A stretch of DNA of 64,000 nucleotides from Octopus vulgaris (GCA_951406725.2 OX597842.1:2108001-2172000), one strand, 5' to 3'; shown: positions 38,860-52,581, counted from the first letter of the stretch. Translations and numbers: made by a program. Notes: generated by a model not told the origin, from the sequence alone.

Positions 38860-38891
<32 letters not shown>

Positions 38892-39040
38892 TTATGCCCA
38901 TTCACATATATATTTATATGAATGCATATTATGAATATACACGTATACACACAAGCACACCCATGCACACACAAACATATATGCTAACACACACACACAC
39001 ACACTCTCTCTCTCTCTCTCTCTGCCATCCCTGCACCTCC

Positions 39041-39072
<32 letters not shown>

Positions 39073-39239
39073 ACTTGTCACTCATGTTGCAACATTCAGA
39101 AATATGCATGCAGTTTTGTGCATTTTGTTGCAAATGTTGTTGTTGTTGCTGTTGTTGTTGTTGTGTACTGGTCTGGGGAGGTGGTGGTGGTGGTGGTGGA
39201 GAGAAGAATGTTTGTATGGCTGTTAAATAACTGTTCTTT

Positions 39240-40240
39240 TCTTCCATCATTGCCTGTACCATCACCAACACCATCACCACCACAAACACCACTGCCAACA
39301 CCCACACCACTACTGCCATCACAACCACCACTGCCACCACACTCATCCACCATCACCACTACTCTCACCATCACCACAACACTCTACCATCACCACCACC
39401 TCCACAACACTACTACTACCATCACCATCACACATCCACCATCATCACCACCACCACAACAACACCAACACCACCACCCCCATCATCACCAATACTACCA
39501 CAACACTACTGCCATCACCACCACCACAACACCACCGCCACCACCCCATCATTCCAAAGCCCCCTATCACCAATATTATCACCCACCCTCTCTGCTACCA
39601 CAGCCAACACTACGCTGTTACTGCCACACTCATTGCACCACTCCTACCACCACCAAAACTAACACTACCACAACTTTGCTAGTACTACCATCAGAACCAC
39701 TAACTCCACTACTACATCCACCACCGTCACCAGCTGTACTACCTCAAACATCACAACTACTATCGCCATCGCCACAACAACCAGTGCTACTACTGTCATT
39801 GCAAACACCACCACCACCGTTAACACAGCTGTGTTAATCACTACTACAAACCCCACCCTCATCACTGTCATCACCTCCACCTACACCATTTCTATCATCA
39901 CCATCACCACCACTATTACCACCATCACCACCACCACTATAATCACTACCATCATCACCACTTTTATCCTCATCACCCTCCTATCACCCCTCATCACCAC
40001 CAACAGCATCATCGCCACAACCATCATCAACCTTCCATCACCACCACCATCACCACCATTACCATCATCACCCTCCTATCAGCCCCCATCACCACCATCA
40101 TCATCACCACCACCGTTATCATCATCACCCTCTTATCCCCTCATCACCACCACTACCATCATCAGCACCACCATTATCAACCTCCCACCACCACCATCAC
40201 CACTATTACCACAACAATCACACCCCACTATCACCACACT

Positions 40241-40279
<39 letters not shown>

Positions 40280-40280
40280 T

Positions 40281-40336
<56 letters not shown>

Positions 40337-40340
40337 TGAC
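39240..40340. repeat. CAC/CAT-rich low-complexity tract ending in (CTA)n
   Basis: Directly visible. Confidence 0.9.
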
Positions 40341-40454
40341 TTATGACTACCACACGCACAATGTCATCTCTCTCACACCCAATATCACCAATGATGGAAC
40401 GTATATAGACAACATGCTAGAAATAACAGCTTGTTCCACCACAAATCATGAAGT

Positions 40455-40700
40455 GCCAGGAGCAGTAAATTACTGCAGTCACTGACATATATCAAGATGT
40501 GAAAGTAAGACAATAAACTTGGCATTTTTATGATCTTTACATCTGACAAACCCTAGTTTGGCAGACACAGCATTCAAGTATTGCCTTTATTACAGTTTTC
40601 TTTTAGTCAAACTCATCCATCGGGTACCTGGCCATGCAGGTGCATATATGCATGAATTTGTGTGTCTGCAGGGAAGTAAAAAATGCCATAACATTCAGGT
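40455..40700 (+). mobile_element. Possible decayed RNase H domain of a non-LTR retrotransposon
   Basis: VKLIHRVPGHAGAYMHEFV resembles the WVPGH.G..GNE.AD motif (CGG for TGG). An upstream frameshifted A(E)ITAV-like segment is present. Confidence 0.4.
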
Positions 40701-40774
40701 GGCTCCTGGATGAATATCTCCAACAAATTTCAGATAACGGTGCAGGCTTGACAACAAGGCACAGGTATGGGCAT

Positions 40775-41160
40775 AGGCGCAGGTGTAGCTCTGTGGTAAG
40801 AAACTTGCTTCTCAACCTCATAGTCCTGGGTTCATTCCCACTGTGTAACACATTTGGCAAATGCCTTCTACGATAGCCTTGGACTGACCAAAGCCTGTGA
40901 GTGGATTTGGAAGACAGAAACCCATTGTGTGTGTGTGTGTGTGCCTTTGTGTATGTGTTTGTCCTCACCACCATTTGACAACCGTTGTTTGTCTTTTTAC
41001 ATCCCCATAACTTGGCAGTTCTGCTACAGGGACCAATAAAATATGTAACAGGCTTAAAATGAAAATAAGAGCTGGAGTTAATTAGTTTCACTGAAATTCC
41101 TCAAAGTGTTGCTCCAACATGGGCGCAGCCTGATGACTGAAGCAAGTAAAAGATAAAAGA
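40775..41160 (+). mobile_element. SINE family A, diverged
   Basis: Family consensus. Confidence 0.75.
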
Positions 41161-41184
41161 TAAATGATACACACAGTTATATTT

Positions 41185-41928
41185 CTGCAAGCGATTTGCG
41201 TTGGACAAAACACATTGCTAAAATTGCCAAGAAGGCTGAGGGTGTCTTGGCATCACTTACCAAGTCCTTAGTGAGCCGCTCTCCGGCTATCTATCTGAGG
41301 CTTTATATAACCATGGTGCGGCCTCACCTGAAATTTGCATCTCCAGTCTGGAACCCCTATCTTGCCCAGGATATTAATCATCTGGAAACCGTTCAGCGAC
41401 GTGCAACCAAGAGAATACCCTCCATCAGGCATTTGCTATATTCTGAACGCTTTACTTCACTTGTGCATGGATACATTGAAACTCTGACGTCTGGCTGCTG
41501 ACTTGGCAGACACCCATAAAATTATTAACCATCTTACAAATAATAACTCTGAGCACCTTTTCAAACTCCATCTGTCTAACACCCGTGGACATGTTTACAA
41601 AGTCAGAAAACAGTACAGCTCCTTCCATGACTTTAGGAAACATTTATTCATGCTAAGAGTTACTGAAGCGTGGAACAAACTGCCAGCATCAGTTGTTAGT
41701 TGTCGGAGCACTGCATCCTTCAAAACTTCCATGCTTCCTGAGATTTGCCAACACTACACCTGATTTTCTTCCCTCCATACACATGCAAGCATGTATCTGA
41801 CTCATACATTGTTCGCTTTCCAGACATTTGCACATCACTGCATATGCTTTATATGCACTTTTGACAAGTTGTGGTGCACCTGAGCACTGAATGCAAGAAT
41901 TTCATTATTATTATTATTATATTATTAT
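41185..41928 (+). mobile_element. CR1-clade LINE 3' fragment with (ATT)n tail
   Basis: DLRWTKHI...LYITMVRPHLKFASPVWNPY...LETVQRRATKRIP...TRGHVYK...RVTEAWNKLPASVV...SFK, with frameshifts. Tail at 41904-41927. Confidence 0.9.
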
Positions 41929-42303
41929 AACCCTTTACCCCCAGGGCTACGGTGCCAAAAGAGTGACTATAACATGAACTATGATTAAATGTCTTCTCCA
42001 CTTGATGCTATTAAGATAGTCGTACCCTGGCCCAACATTGGCCAAAGCCTTATCGAAGTATCGGTCAGTCTTTTGTCTTCTTCATTTGTTTCAGTTATCA
42101 GACTGTGGCCATGCTGGGGTACCACCCTGAAAGATTTTTAATAAAATGAATCAACCCAAGTGTTTAACTTTTAAAATCAGGTGCTTATTCAGTCAGTCAC
42201 CTTTTGCTAAACTGCTAAGTTACGGTGATGTAAACATTCGAACACCGGTTGTCAAGCAGTTGTAGGGGACAAACATTTACACACATAGATACATATATAT
42301 ACA

Positions 42304-42692
42304 CTAGCAGTATAGCTCAGCGTTGCTCGGGCTTGTTTTCTTTTTGACCCTTTAGAATTGGAATTTTTGTGAAGTAAAAATTTTGCATTATGTAGCTTGT
42401 TATTCTCTTTAAGTGAACATTTTGTTGGCGAAAAATGGCGACACAGCAGTCAAAAAATCGTAAAAAATAGGGATTTTCATAGAAAAAAAAAGCACGTTTT
42501 TGATGTAAATAATTTTTGGTGTTAACGTGGTCCGATTTGAATTTTTTCTTCTACGGAGTGAAGAGCAAGCCTTCTTCTATAATACTCTCAATTTTGGTTG
42601 ACTTGCGCTGTAGGATCTCGGAGGAGATAGTGTTAGTTGAAGGCTACCAAACCTGCCATACACAGACAACTTCATCTTTATATATATATAGA
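42304..42692 (-). mobile_element. Non-autonomous Helitron
   Basis: The reverse strand starts A|TCTATATATATATAAA and ends with the hairpin CCCGAGCAACGCTGAG then CTAG|T. No TSD. Confidence 0.75.
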
Positions 42693-42700
42693 TTTATGCA

Positions 42701-42915
42701 GGCGGCGAGCTAGCAGACATGTTAGCGCGCTGGGCGAAATACTAAGCGGTATTTCATCTGTTATTACATTCTGAGTTCAAATTCCGCTGAGGTCGACTTT
42801 GCCTTCCATCCTTTCGGGGTCGATAAATAAAGTATCAGTTTCACACTGGGGTCGATGTAATCGACTTAATCCCTTTCTCTGTCCTTGTTTGTCCCCTTGT
42901 GGGCAATAAAGAAAT
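42701..42915 (+). mobile_element. SINE family B
   Basis: Homologous to 8832-9066. Confidence 0.88.
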
Positions 42916-43152
42916 ATATATATAGACTTATACTTACATACACGTATGATACGGTCCCTATTTGAGGCCATAGATATTAAACTGATTTTTAGAAGAAGGT
43001 GAAGTGTTAGGGGTTTGCTTTGCCTTTCCCATAGGTTGGCCTGGTATTGAAGTGCATCCATGATTCAGACTATCAAGGAAAACAGCTGTGCTCCAGCATG
43101 GCCACAGCTCTGAGCTGAAACTACAGAAGAAAAAAATACATACATACATATA

Positions 43153-43567
43153 GGCGCAGGAGTGGCTGTGTGGTAAGTAGCTTGTTTACCAACCACATGG
43201 TTGAGGGTTCAGTCCCACTGCGTGACACCTTGGGCAAGTGTCTTCTGCTATAGCCTTGGGCCGACCAAAGCCTTGTGAGTGGATTTGGTAGACGGAAACT
43301 GAAAGAAGCCTGTCGTATATATGTATTTATATATATATGTATGTGTGTGTGTATATGTTTGTGTGTCTGTGTTTGTCCCCCTAGCATTGCTTGACAACCG
43401 ATGCTGGTGTGTTTACATCCCCGTCACTTAGCAGTTTGGCAAAAGAGACCAATAGAATAAATACTGGGCTTACAAAGAATAAGTCCCAGGGTCGATTTAC
43501 TCGACTAAAGGCAGTGCTCCAGCATGGCCACAGTCAAATGACTGAAACAAGTAAAAGAGTAAAGAGT
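43153..43567 (+). mobile_element. SINE family A, full length
   Basis: Family consensus. Confidence 0.92.
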
Positions 43568-43954
43568 ATACATAGATAAACATTTGCTGTAAATAAAATA
43601 AGAGGCGATATGTGGTGTTCCATTAAATAATAAGTTGAAGAACATAAATGCACAAACAAATGGCAAACAGACACAAAAGGTTGCCAAATTCTCATCAGTT
43701 ATTGGCCGAAGGATCAACACAATTTTTCGGCTTCAAATGATAATGTTGATCCCCTCTGGAAGCGCTGGAAGCCAGAAGCTGCCAGGATATGGCAAGCCAG
43801 TGAACAAGGGGACAAACATGACAGAAAGTGGACAAACAAACAAGAAATAAACAAAAAATATGCAATACAGAAAGTGAACATACAAACATGAAATAAATGT
43901 GATATTTCGTTATTGTATCTGCTTTGTAAGATTCTTTATATATATACTTGATGA

Positions 43955-44323
43955 CTAGCAGTATCGCCCGGCGTTGCTCGGGTTTGTAAGGGAAATAACT
44001 ATATAAGCATTTTTAGAGAGTTATAGCCAAAAAATAGCAAAAAAATGCGTTAAAAATGGAAAAAAAGATGGTAAATTTTTTTTTAAATCGTTGACTTTAG
44101 AGAGTTACTTCCCTTATATAATAGCGAAAAATGCATTAAAATAGAAAAAAATGATGGTAAATTTTTTTTTTAAATCGTAGACTCATCGTAGACGCGCGCT
44201 AATACCCAGAAGGGTTCGATATGAATCACGACTATAAGATTAAACTGCACCAAAAAATGTGGGAGTAGTTAGGAATCTAAATCGGAGGAGACAGACACAC
44301 AACCTTACTTTTATATATAAAGA
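43955..44323 (-). mobile_element. Non-autonomous Helitron with internal tandem duplication
   Basis: A|TCTTTATATATAAAAG ... CCCGAGCAACGCCGGGCGATACTGCTAG|T. A ~85-bp internal unit is repeated twice. Confidence 0.8.
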
Positions 44324-44326
44324 TAT

Positions 44327-44357
<31 letters not shown>

Positions 44358-44528
44358 CATACATACTCTGTTTTTTCGTTGTTTGAAAAAAAGTTTGTTT
44401 CCATATTTTTGTTTTTATGTTTTCGTTTCTCATTGTGTTCAACGTTTTTTTTTGGTGTCCTGAACCCAGATATGCATGTATATATATATACATATAGATG
44501 TAGGTACGTACATATATGTACGTATAGT

Positions 44529-44940
44529 CTTTTACTCTTTTACTTGTTTCAGCCATTTGACTAAGGCCATGCTGGAGCACCGCCTTTAGTCGAGCAAATC
44601 GATCCCGGGACTTATTCTTTGTAAGCCCAGTACTTATTCTATCGGTTTCTTTTGCCGAACCGCTAAGTGATGGGGACGTAAACACACCAGCATCGGTTGT
44701 CAAGCAATGCTAGGAGGACAAACACAGACACACAAACACACACATACATATATAAATATATATATATACATATATACGACAGTCTTCTTTCAGTTTCCAT
44801 CTACCATATCCACTCACAAGGCACTGGTCGGCCCGGGGCTATAGCAGAAGACACTTGCCCAAGATACCGCGCAGTGGGACTGAACCCGGAACCATGTGGT
44901 TGGTTAGCAAGCTACTTACCACACAGCCACTCCTGCACCT
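44529..44940 (-). mobile_element. SINE family A, full length
   Basis: Reverse copy. Confidence 0.92.
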
Positions 44941-45264
44941 ATGTATATATATGTATGTATATATACATATGTTTATATATTATTTTGTTATTATATATAT
45001 AAGTGCATACATGGGGGTTTTTTTTTTTACTTTCTGTGTACCAAATCCACGCACAAGACTTTGGTTGGCCTGAGGCTATTGTAGGAGGCACTAGTTCAAA
45101 GTGCCATGCATTGAGATTGAACCTGGAAGTATGTCGTTGGGAAGCAAACTTCTTATGACAGAGACACACTTGCACCTAATATATCTAAAAAAATATACCT
45201 GTATCTATCTATATATCCACCTATCTACCTATCTATCTATATACACATACAATCGCATACACAT

Positions 45265-45309
<45 letters not shown>

Positions 45310-45613
45310 CCGGTGACACATAAGAAAACACCATCCGAGCGTGGCTGTCAGCCAGCCTCGTCTGGCACCTGTGTCGGTGGCACATAAGAAAACACCATCC
45401 GAGGGTGGCCGTCTGCCAGCCTCGTCTGGCACCTGTGTCGGTGGCACATAAAATCACCCACTACACTCTCGGTGTGGTTGGCGTTAGGAAGGGCATCCAG
45501 CTGTAGAAACACTGCCAGATCTGACTGGCCTGGTGCAGCCTTCGGGCTCGCCAGACCCCAGTTGAACCGTCCAACCCATGCTAGCATGGAAAGCGGACGT
45601 TAAACGATGATGA

Positions 45614-45706
<93 letters not shown>

Positions 45707-45708
45707 TG

Positions 45709-45763
<55 letters not shown>

Positions 45764-45980
45764 GAAATTTACTGGAAAGCAAAAGACAAAGACAGGTGTA
45801 TAAACAACAAGCAGGTGTAATGGTTTGATGTTCAGGAAGGTGAGAATATATATATATACACACACACACTTTATATATATATATATGGACATACACACTT
45901 TTATATGTATATATATACACACACTTTTATATATATATACACATACACACGCTTTTATATGTATATATTTACACACTTTT

Positions 45981-46018
<38 letters not shown>

Positions 46019-46576
46019 GTACATACAAACATACACATTTACATACACAGATAGATGGCTGTTATATATGCTATATAAATATATATATATATTCATATAT
46101 CATATAAAGACAGATATTATATATGATATATATATATTATATAAATATGTTCGTTACTCATTCATTATTCGCTAGGCTCTCCCTGGACCAACCCTAACTC
46201 ATAAACACAACAACCAACCAACCACCACCACCACCACATAACAACAACAACAACAAGAACACACTTATTAAACAGCAGAACAACAAGACACCGAGGTCCT
46301 TATAATAATTTCTAATAATTGTCACCAGAGATCTGGTGTCAAATGCTGTTATTTTGTTGGGCTGTTGTCAGGTTTCTCCTGTTCTTCACCAATATAACTG
46401 TCCCTGGCCCTGTGTGTGCACGTTTATGAGTGTGTGTGTGTGTGTGTGTGTGTAGTTTTCAGAGTGTGTGTGTGTCTGTCTCCCTGTGTGCGTGTGGTAA
46501 CTTTGCTGGTTGGCATATCTGGAGAGTGTGTTTATGTGTGAAGTTTATGAGTGTGGTTGCGTGCATGTGTGTGGAT

Positions 46577-46634
46577 GTAATTTTCAGGGAGTGTGTGTAT
46601 GTGCGTGTGTGTGTGTGTATATGTAATTTTCAGG

Positions 46635-46686
<52 letters not shown>

Positions 46687-46980
46687 AATTTTCAGGGAGT
46701 GTGTGTATGTGCGTGTGTGTGTGTGTATATGTAATTTTCAGGGAGTGTGTGTGTATGTGTGTGCGTGTGTGTGTGTGTATGTAATTTTCAGGGAGTGTGT
46801 GTGTGTGTGTATGTAATTTTCAGGGAGTGTGTGTGTGTGTATGTAATTTTCAGGGAATGTGTGTGTGTGTGTGTTTGTAATTTTCAGGGAGTGTGTGTAT
46901 GTGTGTGTGTAAGTAATTTTCAGGGAGTGTGTGTGTGTGTGTGCATGTGTGTGTGTATGTGTAATTTTCAGGGATGTGTG
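46577..46980 (+). repeat. Ten copies of GTAATTTTCAGGGA separated by variable (GT)n spacers
   Basis: Motif at about 46577, 46623, 46685, 46731, 46781, 46813, 46843, 46877, 46913 and 46961. Confidence 0.9.
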
Positions 46981-47247
46981 TGTGTGCATGTGTATGTGTG
47001 TTTTGGGGGTAACTTTGGGGTCTAGCATAACTGCAGTGTGTGTTTAATGTGTGGTCTTTGTGTGTGTGTGTGTGTGTGTGTGTGTACAATATGGACATGT
47101 AGATGTGTGTGTGTGATATCTTGGCTATCACATATATGAAGAATGTGTGTTTGTATAGGGCTGTTTGATATGTATACCTGTGTATGTGTGTGTGTAATAT
47201 GTGCATATCATATGCATGTGTAGGTATGTGTGCATCTTTTAGAGAGA

Positions 47248-47278
<31 letters not shown>

Positions 47279-47362
47279 ATTTAGCACATCTGGGGAGTGT
47301 ATGTATAATGTGGTATGTGCATGTATATGTGCGTGTGATATGTGTGTGCACATAATGGGGAA

Positions 47363-47400
<38 letters not shown>

Positions 47401-47487
47401 ACACACATGTGTATATGTGTGTGTCTTGCATGCGTTTATGATGGATGTGCAATATAGGTGTGCATGTGCATATCACAGAATGTTTGT

Positions 47488-48238
47488 CTTTCTCTCCTCT
47501 TTTCTCTCTCTCTCTCTCTTTCTCTCCTCCTCCTTTTTTCTCTCTCTTCCTTTTTTCTCTCTCTTCCTTTTTTCTCTCTCTTCCTTTTTTCTCTCTCTCT
47601 CTCCTCCTTTTCATTCTCTCTCTTTCTCCTCCTTTTTCTCTCCTTTTTTCTCTCTCTCCTTTTTTCTCTGTCTCTCCTTTTTTTTCTCTCTCTGTCTCTC
47701 CTTTTTTCTCTCTCTCTCTCTCCCCTCCTTTTTCTCTCTCTCTCCTTTTTTTCTCTCTCTCTCCTCCTTTTCATTCTCTCTCTTTCTCCTCCTTTTTCTC
47801 TCCTTTTTCTCTCTCTCCTTTTTCTCTGTCTCTCCTTTTTTCTCTCTCTGTCTCTCCTTTTTTCTCTCTCTCTCTCCCCTCCTTTTTCTCTCTCTCCCTT
47901 TTTCTCTCTCTCTCTCTCCTTTTCATTCTCTCTCTTTCTCCTCCTTTTTCTCTCCTTTTTCTCTCTCTCCTTTTTCTCTGTCTCTCCTTTTTTCTCTCTC
48001 TGTCTCTCCTTTTTCTCTCTCTCTCCCCTCCTTTCTCTCTCTCTCCTTTTTTCTCTCTCTCTCCTCCTTTTTCTCTCTCTCTCCCTTTTTTTCTCTCTCT
48101 GTCTCTCCTTTTTTCTCTCTCTCTCTCCCCTCCTTTCTCTCTCTCTCTCCTTTTTTCTCTCTCTCCTTTTTTCTCTCTCTCTCTCCTTTTTTCTCTCTCT
48201 CTTTTTTCTCTCTCTCTCTCCTCCTTTCTCTCTCTCTC

Positions 48239-48269
<31 letters not shown>

Positions 48270-48400
48270 CTTTTTTTTCTCTCTTTTCTCTCTCTCTCTC
48301 TTTTTCTCTCTCTGTTTGCTTGTCTCTCTTTGTGCTTCTCTTCATCTCTTGCTCTTTCTCTCTCTCTTTGTCTCACTCTCTCTCTTTCTCTCTCCCTCCC
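47488..48400 (+). repeat. About 900-bp polypyrimidine (CT-rich) tract with higher-order repeats
   Basis: Almost purine-free on the + strand. ccttttcattctctctctttctcctcc recurs at about 47606, 47766 and 47918. Confidence 0.95.
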
Positions 48401-48549
48401 ATGTGTGTATATATGTGTGTGTACTTGTGTGTATATGTGTATTTATGATATATACCCAATATGTTTTTCACACCTGTCAGTCACGGTCCCTTTCGCTCTC
48501 TCTTTTGCATGTCTGTCTGTTTGTCTGTGGCAGAGCTTTTCATCATCCT

Positions 48550-48920
48550 TAACTTGTTTCAGTCATTAGACTGTGGCCATGCTGGGGCACCACCTTGAAG
48601 AATTTTAGTCAAATGAACCAACCCTAGTTCTTTGTTCTTTTTAAGCCTGGTAAGTATCCTATCAGTCTCTTTTGCTGAACTGTTAAGTTACAAAGATGTA
48701 ACCTAGCCAACACCAGTTTTCAAGTGGCACCTGTGTAAAAACACACACACATATAACGGGCTTCTTTCAGTTTTTGTCTTCCATATCCCCTTCCAGCACT
48801 TTGCTTAGCTTAAGGATATATTAGACCCTTCCTCAAGGCGCCACACTATAGAAGTGAACCTGAAAGCATGTGGTTGGAAAGCAAGGTTCTTAACACTTGA
48901 CAGAGAATGTATATTTGTAT

Positions 48921-48970
<50 letters not shown>

Positions 48971-49178
48971 CACTCTTTACTCTTTTACTTGTTTCAGTCA
49001 TGTGAATGTGGCCATGCTGGAGCACCGCCTTTAATCGAGCAAATGGACCCTAGGACTTATTCTTTGTAAGCCTAATACTTATTCTCTCGGCCTCTTTTGC
49101 TGAACTGCTAAGTTACGGGTACGTAAACACACAAACATTGGTGTCAAGCGATTGTGGGGGACAAATACAGACACACAA

Positions 49179-49223
<45 letters not shown>

Positions 49224-49337
49224 AACACACACACACATACATATATATGATGGGCTTCTTTCAGTTTCCGTCTACCAAATCCACTCACAAGGCTTTGGTT
49301 GGCCTGAGGCTCTAGTAGAAGACACTTACCCAAGGTG
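48550..49337 (-). mobile_element. Two SINE A copies (48550-48895 diverged, 48972-49337 5'-truncated)
   Basis: Reverse family consensus. Confidence 0.8.
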
Positions 49338-51404
49338 TGTAATATATGTGTGTGTGAAATTTGTGGGCATATGTAAGTATGTAACAGTTCGTGTATATTG
49401 TACACATGTAATGTGTGTGTGAAACGTGTCGAATATAGGTGTGTAATATGGGCATATAATGTGAGTATAAAAGCGTGTACATAATCTGTGTGTGTGAAAA
49501 GTGGGTATGTAATGTGGGCATATGATGTAAGTGTGTAAAAGTTTTTGTATAATGTATGCATGTAATGTGTGAACTGAGGATGTGTATTGTGAGTGTGTGA
49601 AATGTGGGCATATGATGTATGTAAAAGTTTGTATATAATTTATGTTTGGAATTGTTCAGTGTGTTTTCAGGCTTCTTTATATCTTTAGTTTATTTAAGCC
49701 ATCACTGAAAAGACCATGCTGGAGCACCTCCTTTCGTATAAAAGTCAGTTTTTTGATCTGTGTACGTCTTGTGATAGTGTGCAATGTGATTGCATGTGTG
49801 TGTGTGTGTGTGTGAGAGACTTTCACTGTGTTATGCATATGTATGTAGTGTGTATTTAATATGTGCATGTGAAATGTGCATTTGTAATGTGTGTGTGATG
49901 TCTGTTTAATGTGTGTGTTTGTAGTGTGTGTATTTGATGTATGTATTTAATATATCTAATGCATATGTGTGATATGTGCATTTAATGAATGTGTGTGCAT
50001 GTCTGCATCAATGTTTGTAATGTGTGTGTTTAATATGTGTGTACATGATTGTCTCTGTGTGTTATGTGTGTATATAATGTATATTGTGTGTATGTGTATG
50101 ACTGTGTCAGTGTGTGTTGATATATCAGTGCATAATATATATATGTTATTCTTTTGACAGTGCACATAAGGTCTGCATGTAGAATGCATATGCATATACA
50201 GTATGGTTGAATGATTAAGAAGGTCACTTCACAACCACAAGGTCCCAGGTTCGATCCCATTGTATATCATGTTGAGCAAATGACATTTTCTGTAACCCTG
50301 GGTCAGTGGAAACTGTAGAGAAGCCTAATGGATGGATTGTAATTGTAATACAAAAATTGCAGCCTAGTCATACATAGTGTTGTACTGAATCTGCCTGAGA
50401 TTATTATATTAGGGTTACATGTGTCTGTGGAATACTCAGACACTTACATGTTAATTCAGGGGCAGGTAATTCAGTAGAGATCTAACAACTGAATCCATGG
50501 TGTCAAATGAGCCCCCCCTCCCCAAACCCATTGCCATTGTGTGTGTGGCATGATCATTATTATCATCACCACCACCATCATCATTATCATCATTTATGTC
50601 TACCTTCCTCACTCATATTAGTTGCTGCCACCACCACAACCACCACAACCACCACTGTCAGTACCATTAAAATCACTACCACCATCTCAGACACCACCAC
50701 TATCTCTTCTATCCCTGCTTTCACCACTACCACTAACACAACCATTCAACACTACCACCAACATTCACCACCATTACCATTATTACTACCATTTCCACCA
50801 TCATCGCCACCATCACCACCACCTCTACCACCACCGTCATCACAATTTACAATCACTGCAACCACCACCACCACTACCATCATCATTTCCACCAGCAGCA
50901 CCACCATCATCACTACTACCATCATCATTTCCCATCACCACCATCATCATTACGACCACCACCACTAGCACCACCACCATCACCACCTCCACCACCACCG
51001 TCATCACAATTTACTTTCACTGCAACCACCACCACCACCACTACCATCATCATTTCCACCAGCAGCACCACCATCATCACTACTACCACCACCACCATCA
51101 CCACTGCAACCACTGGCACAATACCATTATCTGAGCAACCTTAGAAAACACCACACTGGAAACAATTTCGGAAACTTGTATGGGGGTCAAGGAAGGTCAA
51201 ACATCCAGCCTGAGGGGGTGGTAGTGAGAGGTGGTGGAAGGGGTGTGTTTTGCGGTGAGACGGGGGGGGGACAGCGAAATGTGTGACAGAATGGAAAATA
51301 GGAAGGGTTCCTAATGTGAGTGGGGGGAGGGGTGCAGTAGGCTGTGTAATATAAAACATGAGGACATGCATATACATGTAGGAGAATATATATACATATA
51401 TATA

Positions 51405-51444
<40 letters not shown>

Positions 51445-51649
51445 TAGATACACACACACACACACGTGTGTATGCATACATGCATTTATTCATGTATACA
51501 TAGGCCCCCCCCCACATATATATACAGGCTTACATGAAAAGGTATATATATATATGTATATGTATATACATACACACACACACACATATATATATATGCA
51601 TATATTTATGTGTATTTGTATATATATAAAAAATAATAAATGTGCCTTT

Positions 51650-51888
51650 TGAAAGCCTAGCCAGGCTCATGGGCCCGGTTTCCTGGTTTCTATGGCATAT
51701 GTGTTCCCCAGCTGGACAGGACGCCAGTCCATCACAGCGTTACTCATTTTTGCCAGCTGAGTGGACTGGAGCAATGTGAAATGAAGTGTTTTGCTCAAGA
51801 ACACAACACGTCAACCGGTCCAGGAATTGAAACCACAATCTTACGATCATGATGCTGACACTCTAACCACTAAGTCACGTGCCTCCAC
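51650..51888 (-). mobile_element. tRNA-headed SINE with a CORE-like middle (family D)
   Basis: GGAGGCACGTGACTTAGTGGTTAG...GGTTTCAATTCC...GTGTTCTTGAGCAAAACACTT. The tail is shared with 120-410. Confidence 0.75.
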
Positions 51889-51919
51889 AATATATATATA
51901 TATATACATGCATATATAT

Positions 51920-52302
51920 TTGAGCACTCCGTCGGTTGCGACGATGAGGGTCCCAGCTGATACGATCAACGGAACAGCTTGCTCGTGATATTAACGTGCA
52001 AGTGGCTGAGCACTCCACAGACACGTGTACCCTTAACGTAGTTCTCGAGGAGATTCAGCGTGACACACAGAATGTGACAAGGCTGGCCCTTTGAAATACA
52101 GGTACAAGAGAAACAGGAAGAAAGAGAGAGAGAAAGTTGTGGTGAAAGAGTACAGCAGGGTTCACCACCACCCCCTGCCGGAGCCAAGTGGAGCTTTAGG
52201 TGTTTTCGCTCAATAAACACTCACAATGCCCGGTCTGGGAATCGAAACCGCGATCCTCCGACCGCGAGTCCGCTGCCCTAACCACTGGGCCATTGCGCCT
52301 CC
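51920..52302 (-). mobile_element. SINE family C, well preserved
   Basis: GGAGGCGCAATGGCCCAGTGGTTAGGGCAGCGGACTCGCGG...GGTTTCGATTCC head with CpGs retained. Confidence 0.88.
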
Positions 52303-52581
52303 ATATATATATGTATACGTGTTTATATATGTGTATGATTAATAAATATATACGTACATATATATGAGTGTATAAATGTATGTATCTTTTGGTTGTTTCT
52401 GTCATTTAACTGTGGCCAAACTGGAGCACCACCTTGATGGGTTTTAGTCAAACAAATTTACCACAGGACTTTGTTTCCTTAAAGCTTAGAATTTAACATA
52501 TCTGTCTCTATTGCTGAACTGCTAATTTATAGGGACATAAACAAACCAACACCAATCGTCAAGCAGGGATGAGAGATGAAT

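Noticed and set aside
46577-46980. CRISPR-like repeat-spacer appearance (also 36790-37685)
   Set aside because: The spacers are GT or TA microsatellites rather than unique sequence, there are no cas genes, and the context is eukaryotic.
52230-52302. tRNA gene call for SINE heads (also 22332, 31907 and others)
   Set aside because: They have no proper acceptor stem or terminator, and each continues into a multicopy SINE body.
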